NCBI RefSeq assembly: GCF_006345805.1
Contig: NC_042998.1
Coordinates: 98,580,001 to 98,644,000 of the forward strand
Direction: 5' to 3'
DNA from: Octopus sinensis
Taxonomy: Eukaryota
Length of the DNA: 64,000 bases
Shown piece by piece: positions 53,203 to 64,000 of the stretch. The notes below the pieces were generated by a model, which saw only the letters and a program-made list of their open reading frames with translations, searched no databases and had not been told where the DNA came from. Positions within the stretch are counted from its first letter, which is position 1. Each line of letters begins with the position of its first letter. The position numbers and the translations under genes were made by a program.

Positions 53203-54630
53203 AAATCCACTAAGAAGGCTTTGCTTGACCCAAAGCTATAATAGAAGGCATTTGCCCAAGGTGCTATACAGTAGGATTGAACCCAGAACTATATGGTTGA
53301 GAAACAAATTTTTTACCACACAGCCACACTTGCATCTATGTTGAGATTAATTTTAATACTCTCAGCCAATTTCTTGCAATCAAAGATATGGTAATGAAAT
53401 ATTTTGGCACCCTTCAACTCTATTCATTTAGAAGATAAAATAGAGTTTGTCTTATAATTCTTCTTCCTTCATCATGGTGATTGATATGTTAAGCAGTTGG
53501 AAGCCATCTTAATTTTATCAAATATAGCAATATGTCACCCCACCTTTCAATTTTCACAGCCCCCCCCCACTTTTATGAAAACTCCTACACTAAGTAACTC
53601 TGGATAACTGACCAGTATTTTCTTAGCTTGTAAATGTGACAATTACTATAGATTATGGAAGAATGGGCTCTACCAAACTGACTTGTTCTCAGTACAAAAT
53701 ATAGCGATGAAACCTTTGGTGGGACCCCATGTGCATTAATATTACTCTATCAAAAGTAATGTTTATTTATCCACATTGTTTGGAATTAATTAAGCATTAT
53801 TTCGTAGCTTTGAGATTTCAGTGATGTGACTGCTTATTTTCAGAATGACATGTAAAGTATGTGTTAAAGGTTGAATCTGATCAGTTTGAACATAAAACAA
53901 GTAGAATACTTGGGCCATATATGGCTGGTTTAAATGCTAAAGGGTGAATGATTTTTATTTCATTCCCTTTTCTTCTTTTACTTTTAGTAATTTCATATAT
54001 AATAGTATTGTTGCCTACTAAACACTCTAAAGTAAGCATAACTAATTGGCAAGTTGAGCCTGTGACTTGATTTTGATACCAGCTTACCTCATTTCCCTTC
54101 TCATCTATCACTAATATCCCTGGGAAAAGGATGAACATCATGAATCTTATTTTTCATCTATTTTCCTATGTTACAAATCTTACCATGTATATACCCATTT
54201 TAGAATGGATATATATTATGTTCCTGCATGTCACAAGAGGTGACTAAATGTGATGATATCCAGCTATAAAACACTAATGCAGAAAAACCTTCTGACTCAT
54301 GTCAGTATGGAAAATCAGACATAAAATGTTGTTGTTGATGGTGATGCCTATGTTATAAATTATTATCTAATTACAGAGCTGGTAGAGTTCTCTATTTTAT
54401 CTCATCCATCTAAGCTCTGGTAATGAAACATTTTGAAATATTTTTCAATGTTAACAAGATATAAGACCACTAGCATCTCAGTAGGCTATCCTGAACTCTG
54501 CTGACTCTGTGTTAATTTTGTTAGTTGACACGAGTTGGATAAGAAAATTTAATGATGTGAGAAATACATTAGAATAAGTTATGAATCAAACCTTGAAATG
54601 TAGAATTTACTGATAAGAGAATGATAAATA

Positions 54631-54878
54631 TTGGGTTGTCAGATAAATTTGTACCCTTTTTTCTACTTAGCACTCCACTGTCATATATGCCTAAAAAGAG
54701 GTAAAATCTATACAAATTTCACAGACAAAAAACAGAAGTTGCAGAGGAAGAATAAAGCTATAGAAATCCATAAAACGCTAAAATAAAAATATTTTCCATG
54801 TAAATTCAAATAACAATGGAAAGGATCAAAATAAATGGCAAAAAATTTTTTTAATGATAAATTAATCTAGTAACCCAA
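54631..54878. mobile_element. Degenerate mariner-derived MITE
   Basis: TA-ttgggttgtcag ... taacccaa-TA; ends resemble the TIRs of 20725-21290. Confidence 0.55.
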
Positions 54879-56618
54879 TATTAAATGACAGGTAAAAATA
54901 TTACAGAATAACAATTATGTATTGAATCATTATCAATTTGATTTAAACCTTCATGAAAGCTAATGAAAGAAATTATTTAGAATTTAAACAGGGAAAAATT
55001 ATGTAAACATCATGATTTTAATCATTATGAGCATGATTCTTCAAGTTGAATTTTATTCAAGGCAGTGAGTAGGAAATGAATGAATTTTAATCTTTACTCT
55101 GGTTGTCTAATTTATTGGTGCTGAAAAGAGAAGATATTTAACCTATGCCAGAATGAAAAACATGATGATAAAAGGGAGGAATATAAACTGAAAACCAAGA
55201 TTAGATGCCATAAGTTACCTATGACACAAAGAATAATGATTTAAAAAAAAAAATAAAGACAATTTCAAATTAATACTGAAAAATTATTACAAAATAGAAC
55301 AATATATGTAAATAATTCTAGGACTTTGTAAAGTATGAATAATCTTTCATGGTATCTTCATTATATAAATTATTATGAAAATGTCAGTAATTAATAATAA
55401 TAAAAAAATGTCTGAGAGCAGTGATTATCTCATAAGGTTTGATACCAGGTAGAATTGCTTCCCCAAGAGTACATGAAAAGTGAGCTATGGCAAAAAAAAA
55501 ATCTTTGTATAAAAAAATTCTTTGAGCCAATATTTTACACTGGCAAATATCATATAAACTAAGGTTTCTTTCCTTACAGAAATTTTAACTAATTGACTAT
55601 AATAATAATATTTCTGAGAAATTGTAAATTGAATCCAAAGGCTAAAGAATGAAGAATAGAACAGTGCATTGAGAAGTTACACAGTACTGCATTTAATACT
55701 TTTCATGTTTAAGGCAATTTGAGATAATGCTTTTCTGCTCATATTAACATAGAGAAACAACAGCAAGATTGAAGTACATAACCAATACACATATATAAAC
55801 AATCCTATACAGATGACAAAATGAACTCATCTTTAATTACATACTGCTATTAGGTTTTCCATAACAACTAGATTTATCACCATATTTATAATTAGTCAGC
55901 AATGTTTAATATCTGCTACTGTAAAGCAACCTATAATTACTGGCATACATAATATTATTTAATAAAGACTTCCATGAGAGATTAAAATTCTTCTGAGAAA
56001 CTAAATACATTTAGTAGATGAAATAAAGTTAGTAATACATATTTTGCAAGAATTTGAACAGAAAGGAGAGAAAAAAATCAATAAAAAGTGAATAATTTCA
56101 GTAAATGGAAGAGAAAAATGTTTAATAGTTTTCAACTGAAGCAAAACGGTAATATGAAATATATGAAAAGTACAGTTTTTTAGAAAAAGTGGCAAACTCT
56201 GATGAGCATAATATGCACATATATGTAATACAAATGTAAGTATGTATATATAGTAGGTAGATAGATAAATGCATGTACATATATGGTACTGGTGGATCTC
56301 CATTGTTTGAGCAACTGAATTATCTGCTCCTGAATTAACATATAAGTGATTAAGCTTTCCACAGTCATATGTGGCTTTATCAAAATTCTGAGACATAACC
56401 AGCTTGACATAGACTCACAAGGCTGTACCTTTTGAATAGTATATGCAATTTACCCAGTGGTTTTCTATTTCTGTCAATCAAATTTCACTCACAGTGTATG
56501 AGTTGACTCAAGGCCATAGAAAATTACATTCACCCAAGATGTCATGCAATAGCATCAAATCTGGAACTGTAAAGTTACAAAGTGAACTTCATTGACATTC
56601 AGCCATCAAAATTCTATG

Positions 56619-56662
<44 letters not shown>

Positions 56663-57067
56663 AGAAAATATAAATAGCTTTTCTGTTGGTTTTATCATTG
56701 AATAATCCAGTTGCCAGATCAATTGAATTCCCTACTTATTTATTTACAGAGTAAATAAAGAGATAGCTTCCTACCACATCTTCTCTGAGCACATGGACCT
56801 AAGTATAAAGAAAAGAGCTAGTGTTGCTTCCACAGCAGTAATGCCATGTGACCTGAGCTAACAAATGTTTGACACCAAGAAGCCATCTTGAATTTGTCTC
56901 AAATCCTTTACTCTTCTTCTGATGAAGAGCTCCTTTTAGTTTCTCTCCACCAAATCCACTCACAAGGTTATGGTTGAAAACACTTACACAAAGTGCTATG
57001 AAGTGGGACTGAACACGAAATTGTGTGGTTAGAAAGATAACTTTTTAATCACAGAACCATACCTGCA

Positions 57068-57106
<39 letters not shown>

Positions 57107-57489
57107 CCACATACACACAAATAAGCAAACACACACACACACAGTTATGAAGTTTGCTTTGTAATCATGGCACCCAAGATTTGATTCCACTGAGTAGCAT
57201 CTTGTGTCTTTTACCATCAGGTTAAGCCAGGTCCTGTGAGTGACATTGGGCTAACAGAAACTATTTCTATAATTGAAAGGTACAAGTTTGTTACACATTG
57301 TGTCATAGGGACTCTGTCTGAGGTTTGTGTTAAGGAAAAATGTTTCTAGGGAATACTCAGCGACTTAGATTATAATTCAGTGAACAGATAAATCAGTTGT
57401 TGAACAACTGAATACTCATCATCACAACTTATGGAAATCTGTTTACTTATATCTCTCTCACTATATATATATATATATATATATACATA

Positions 57490-58039
57490 CAGGGTGACCA
57501 CACTAAAAATTCAGAACCCACAAATCTTTGAATAAAACTGTTAATTTTAATTTTTATTCTTTTTTTCTTAAATCAGATCTTCATTTGTATCTTTGCCAGA
57601 GCCAAATAAAGCAAAAACTTACAAAGACCGGACATAGAAAACGTATAACCATGTGCAAATGGCTTTGTGAGACAATTGAAGATAATCCAGACTTCTTGGA
57701 TCATGTTTGGTTCTCTGATGAAATGCACTTTTTGCTGTCAAGACATGTAAAGGGCAAAAATAATGTTTATTAGGGTACATCTGCACAGAAGGATGTGTTT
57801 CAGAGGTCATTACACTCAACAAAGTACACAGCATGGGTAGCAATCTGTAAACATGGCACCATCAGCCTCCAGCACTGCAGAGGCCATTTGGAGCATATTT
57901 TGAAAAGAACATGACTTTTATGCAAAGGGAATGATCGTGCACAGACCGAAGTTTAAGTCTAGCAAATTTCAAGAAATTTGTTAGACCTTTGTAGGATTTA
58001 ATAAAATTTTTATGGGTTCTGTTTTTTTGGGTCACCCTG
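57490..58039 (+). mobile_element. Internally deleted Tc1/mariner element (rosa/DD41D-like)
   Basis: TIRs cagggtgacc...cagaaccca flanked by TA; peptide HVWFSDEMHFLLSRHVKGKNN and C-terminal RGHLEHILKRT*. Confidence 0.8.
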
Positions 58040-58223
58040 TATGTATATATATATATATATATATATTGTGTTAATGTTTGTTTCTATGTCTAGTTATAAT
58101 AAAAATAATTTTACATTAATCTGATGGGTTAGTCTATACTTTTGTAGAATAGAAATTTATTTTTCTTAAACAAAAAATATTGTTGACAATAAATTCAAAG
58201 TCAACAATATTCTTGTTTAAGCA

Positions 58224-58315
<92 letters not shown>

Positions 58316-59958
58316 TATATGTATTTTATTTGTTTTTAAACATTAAATCAATAAACTTTGGTTAAACATTTTAAAAACTTCTGCTTCAGAAATATTTACT
58401 GAAGTGACTATTATACAGAAGGCAAATTAAATTTAGGCAGATTTTGATCATAATGAAATAATACACTCATGCACACACATACACATACAAGATAATACTC
58501 TCATACATGTGCACTCATACTCATGTATACAACACACGTACTACACTCATACATGTGCATACACACACGGCAATTCATATGCTTATGTACACATACAAAA
58601 CACATGCATGAATGTACATACACAAACAACTACACATAAATTATTCTCTGAAACTAAAGCTCAAAGTTTATAATATAAAAAAGGCAATTATTTTGTTCTG
58701 TTTGTTTTAGTTTAAATGACAAAAATAATGCAAAAAATAAAACTTGCATTTAAATTTAGCCAGACATAAGCAAATATTAGACAATTGAAAAACAAAATGG
58801 TCTAAAAGTACATAAAAAAAAAGGAAAAGAAAAGAATCTAGCTGCTATGAAAATATATTGTTGCTAAAGCAAGAAGTAGAAATTTTAGGAAAATATGAAG
58901 AATTTTGTTTAATCAAAATATCATATGTATTTTTTCTCATTTTATTAATGGTTTCATAATATTCTTATGTGCGCTTATATATTATATACTATTATTTATT
59001 TCATATTATTTCATTGTTTTATCTTCAGTGGTCCTACCAAATTTCAATAGTTATTTTATATATTTTAACCTAACTTTGAACTTATACCTCGATTAGAAAT
59101 ATAGTGGAATTGTGATACATAAAATATTGTAAATTATTGTATTTTTAGTGATGAAATAGGATGTTTCTCTCTCTCACAAACAAACACACACACATACAAG
59201 CATATAAAGGCATCATCATTTTGCATCTTCCTTATCATGCTGTCGTGTGTATGTCCATATATCTTCATATTTATATTGCTTGAGCAGCAGTGATTTTTGC
59301 TTATGCTCTCCATAAACAATAACTCAAAGCTCAGCAATTCAATGTGTGATGACAAGTGGAATAAAGTACCTTACTTAAAAACTGGTAAGAGTTGGTAGCA
59401 TGGTTTCTATACCTGGATGCTTTTCCCAGCTGAAAATTCATATTTGCATGAGATATTGAAGCTAATGCATTTCCTAAAACCAACTTGACAGTCTTATTTA
59501 ATAGGATGAGCACTTATTAACAGATTTAGCTAATAAATGCAAGCAGATGTGGCTTGTGCAGAACACTGCTTACTGCAAATTTTGAACTTATCTTGGGATC
59601 ACATGTTTAGAACTTCAGATATGTTATAATAACCAGGCATTTTGGAATCTCATCATAGTTTTTGTTCTGTTTGTACTATACATTACAAACATTCTGAAAC
59701 CTATGAGTGTATACCTTGAGAACTTAAAAGGAAAAATGTTGAGCCCTGTACCATATAAAATATTTACATTTATTAGGTTTATAATAATATACTTTCTAAT
59801 CATAAATTCTACCAGCTAATATCACACAAAATTAAATCAGATATTTAATAAATAGTGATGCTAATTAAAGTGAAAAACAGTAAGTTATGTAGTAACTGTA
59901 GTGAATATTGCTAAGTGATTACAAACAGAACAAAATAAATGAAAAAGAATTAGAAGTA

Positions 59959-61578
59959 CACTGGTGAAAATAAATTTAAGACTGATGATAAAAGTTCTAT
60001 TTCTTACAAAATATTTTGTTACTAACACCATACAAATTACTTTTATCTTTTACACCTTATGCAGAATTTATGTCTCTTTCGAATGATGCAGACAATAACT
60101 ATTTTTATACAACTTGAAGAATTCTAATGCTAAATGAATATAAACGTTTCAAATTTACCCGTAAAATTAGTTTAAGACCATGTAATATGTATGCAAAATG
60201 GGTGGTCACACAACTAGCCTAACTGCACTATATAGTGTTATGATTTAACATTACTATACAATTGATTAATAATGGGAAAACAACGTAGCCTCAGTCCAGT
60301 CACGAGAGCAAAAATTGTATTACTCCACCAGCAAAAAGTTTCCTTTTCGAACATCAGCAAGCAACTAACAGTAAAATGGCTTGCGTACAAGCATGGAAGT
60401 TATATTCGGTCACTGGTCAACATAAAGATCAGCAAAGGACTGAGGCCTCAAGAAAAACGATGGTGCAGTTGGACCGTCGAATCCACCGACTTTCAGAAGG
60501 CAACCAAATGCGGGCAGCCATTGACATTTGTAAACAATTGTCCAATGAGAATAGTGTTATTTTTACACTACAAACTGTCCGCAACCGTATGAGAGAATTT
60601 GGACCACATGGACGAATCACTAGGAAAAAGCCAATAATATCCAAAAGAAATCAACTCAAATGCCTTAATTTCACAAAATGCCATGCTCAATGGACTGCTG
60701 AAGATTGGTGCACGGTCCTTTGGAGTGACGAGTCACGCTTCTGTATATTTGGATCAGATGGTAAAACATACATCAGACATCGCCCAACCAAGGAATTCCA
60801 TCCAAAATGCTCGAAAAAGACGGCGCAAGCGGTGGGTGGGGGTGTGATGGTGTGGGTGGCATTTAGTAGCTTTGGTGTTGGCCCTCTAGTTAAAGTTGAT
60901 GGAAAGCTAAATAGTGTAGGTTATATGAATCTACTAAAGGATAATGTTGTGCCATATTTGACTCACCAAATGCCTCCGGGGGCTATTTATCAGCAGGACA
61001 ATAGTCCTGTGCACAAAGCCAAAAGGTTATGGAATTTTTTGATCACCATAATATTGATATAATCAAATGCCTCCTCAGAGCCCGGACCTGAATCCGATCG
61101 AGCACTTGTGGAATTATATTTCCAAAAGAGTTCATGCTAAAAAAAAACATCTAATCTAAAACAATTATTTGATTATATCAATGAAATATGGCAAAACATT
61201 CCCATAGAATTTTGTAATTGCTTAGTGAATTCAATGCTGAGGCGTTGTTCAGCCGTTATTAAGAATAAAGGCTACGGCACAAAGTACTAATACGTATCTC
61301 ATTCTCGTTTCTCATTTTTGCTACAATCTTAAGCTTTAAATAAAATTATAATGATACGGTTTTAAACTAATTTTGCTGATAAATTTGAAACATTTATATT
61401 AATTTAGCATTAGAATTCTTCAAGTTGTATAAAAATAGTTATTGCCTGCATCATTCGAAAGAGAAATAAATTCTGGATAAGGTGTAAATGATAAAAATAA
61501 TTTGTATGGTGTTAGTAGCAAAATATTTTGTAAGGAATAGAACTTTTAACATCGGTCTTAAATTTATTTTCACCAGTG
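59959..61578 (+). mobile_element. Full-length (1620 bp) Tc1-like transposon with ~220-bp TIRs
   Basis: TA-cactggtgaaaataaatttaagac ... gtcttaaatttattttcaccagtg-TA; TIRs at about 59959-60180 and 61357-61578. Confidence 0.95.
60272..61290 (+). pseudogene. Frameshifted Tc1 (DD34E-type) transposase
   Basis: MGKQRSLS start; VLWSDES, GGGVMVW, YQQDNSPVH, PPQSPDLNPIEHLW, NKGYGTKY* motifs spread over several frames. Confidence 0.92.
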
Positions 61579-64000
61579 TACATAAAAAAATTTTTTTATT
61601 TAACCCATTGAACTGAAAACAAATAGTATACAAATGCACTCATAAATCTATACAGACTGATAGGGGTGTTTATATACCAAATGACATAGACTGCTGTATG
61701 GTTATATAATGAACAAGGAGAGAGAAAATTGCCTCATGAGTTGACAAAGTAATTATCTTAGGACTATGGCCACATGGTCATGGAGTATTATATTATTTTA
61801 TTAGCTTTTTCTGTTTTTGTAATTTTGTTGTATTAGATCAGCTATGACTTGCTGGGTTAAAGAATTAGCAGAGCCTGCCCTGTTTTCAGTAACTCTACTG
61901 TAAATGGCAAGCATGGAACAATGGAATTTACTAAGATGGAAAGTTATGTTATTTCCAAACTTGCTTTGAAATAAATTATCATAACTTGATAATGTACTGC
62001 CATATTAAATTATACTGTTTCCACTAGCCTCATATTGGTACCAAGAAGCTGGAATTAAAGACAATTCCAGTAAACATATACATTAACTATAGCAAATGAG
62101 AGTGCAGGTGCTAATTACTGACAAGTTATGAAAGTTGAGGTGATACCAAGCCAATTTGTAGAAGTCTATACTGTGTACAATTCTTCTTCTATATTGTTAA
62201 AAGGGTCCCATTTAGAATGAGAATTAAAAAGAACTTAAACATTACTAGAAATATTGTACTGCATACAGTCTAATTCTATGGATGATAAATTCATAAATTT
62301 AGAAAGCAGATGTTTCTTTTTATGAATGAATAATAGAAGTCTCAACAATTAAGATAACAATATAATAAACATTAACTTAGAATAAATTTGCTTTGTTATT
62401 TACCATTATTTACCATTATTTACAATTTAAGATTTCCTTCATATTTTAAATCAAATGCAGTTTTGAGTAACGAATTCATCAGATACTTGGCTCAATTAAC
62501 AAATCCTAATAACACAGGGGTCTTCAACCACTGTGCTACATAGAAAGACTAAATTTTAAAATGTTATTTCTGCTTTATTGAATATTACAGTCTGCTTTTA
62601 CATTATATATGTATCATATATGTATTATATATGTAATAAATTAAATTGTATATTGTGCGCTTTTTTATGTTTTGTTCTGCATGTGATGCCCCAGTCTATG
62701 GAAAAATTGTTTTGCATGAAACTGGACTGTGAAAAAAGGTTGGAGGCTACGACAATAGTGCAATAAATGCATGGTTCCCTTGTAACACAGATACTGTTAA
62801 AGGTATGTATCTTGGGTTAGGGTTATGTCAAACAAAGCAAACTTGTGCAGTGCAACAGAGGTAGCTATGCTCTACATAGTCTGGTTTAAAAATGCTAGAA
62901 CATCAAAGCAGACCACTTTCAGTTAAGAACTGGTCAAAGATGAAGTAGTTATCACTTTAAATAAACCTATATCTTAACCCACTATTAATATTTGTGAATT
63001 GACCCTTTTAACAATAAGTCAAATTTCAGTTATCTGAATTTTTATTGAACGTATTTCAAAGCTTAATGTTCTGTCATTTTCCTTTTTTATTTTGCAACCT
63101 GTTATAAATTTATGAATATATTTAGTTAATTACAATGTCAATCTCATAAAGATTTTATCTTCTTGATATGTTTTGAAAACAATGAAAGAAATAGTGCAAT
63201 TGTACACATGTGTTCATTACAATTGTTTTGAGTTACATGGATATAACATTTTAACTTTAAAAAATATTCAAATAAAAATGAATAAAATGTGACAACTAGT
63301 AATGGAATATACCTAATATTATTTATAAGACTTCAGAACATAGGAAGAAATTCTGTTCTTAGTTTTAATGATTTTAATGATTTTCTTTTAAAAGAGAACA
63401 CAATGGAAACTAAAAATATACTTTCTTGACTATCACTTAATTGTAAGTAAAAAGTTTCTTCTTTTGAATGAAGATTCTGGAGTGTGACACACCACAATAG
63501 TTTGGTACTACTGTTTAAATGCATATAGATTAAAAAAGAATATTTTGAACTTTGTTTTAAAACAATTTGGTAGCTGTCACTCCCAAGAAAACATGTAACT
63601 CTTTCAACTGAACAAGTGGTTTTGATCTAAGATTTTATGTTAGGACTAAAAAAGTTGCACCGTGGTAGAGAAAAGTGTAGTCATTAAAACATAGATGTGA
63701 TGTATTAAAATTATTTTATAATACCAGGGTATTACAATTATACAACTATATTCTTTACATTCTATAACCAATTTTAAAATTATTTTGCTTAAAATTTTGC
63801 TATTTTATTTTTATATATGAATTGCATGTTTCAGCAAAATTATAAATTTGATGAAATCTTGATAATGATAATGATTTTGTATGATGGCATGGGTTGGATA
63901 GATCTGCAATGCATCATAGTTTTTGCATACCAATCATACACAATATATAATTTGAATTAGTGTGAACTAAGACTATAAATTAATTTTTATTCTCTGATTT

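Noticed and set aside
56915-56935. ttctgatgaagagctcc, possible 5' half of a hammerhead
   Set aside because: Runs into a SINE; no GAAA or stem III downstream.

Overview
This is AT-rich, microsatellite-dense animal genomic DNA. The SINE/RTE repertoire looks like that of an Octopus-type cephalopod (inference), and nothing in it is prokaryotic. The whole window lies inside one minus-strand gene, an unc-80 orthologue (scaffold subunit of the NALCN sodium-leak channel complex). Fourteen GT-AG exons (40883 down to 140) splice into one open frame of about 489 codons. Its translation follows the UNC80 region I recall from human (RRLSVSP ... LRHFLEKLT ... FYILHRKPFVLQ). The introns hold RTE, CR1 and R4/Dong-type LINE pieces, several Tc1/mariner elements and MITEs, tRNA-derived SINEs and large TA/AAT tracts. 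The most notable finding is in the 22.8-kb intron: two long fold-back elements carry type I hammerhead ribozyme motifs with palindromic stem III, the form known from Penelope-like elements. In both, the copy with the intact core lies on the pre-mRNA strand and the inverted copy is damaged. Other points of interest are a young RTE LINE with a C4HC3 PHD finger and an ABAB 61-bp 3'UTR array, an (AAT)n tract hit by up to four R4/Dong-type 3' ends, a 119-bp templated insertion, and candidate alternative or micro-exons. Family assignments come from motifs recalled from memory, not from database searches.
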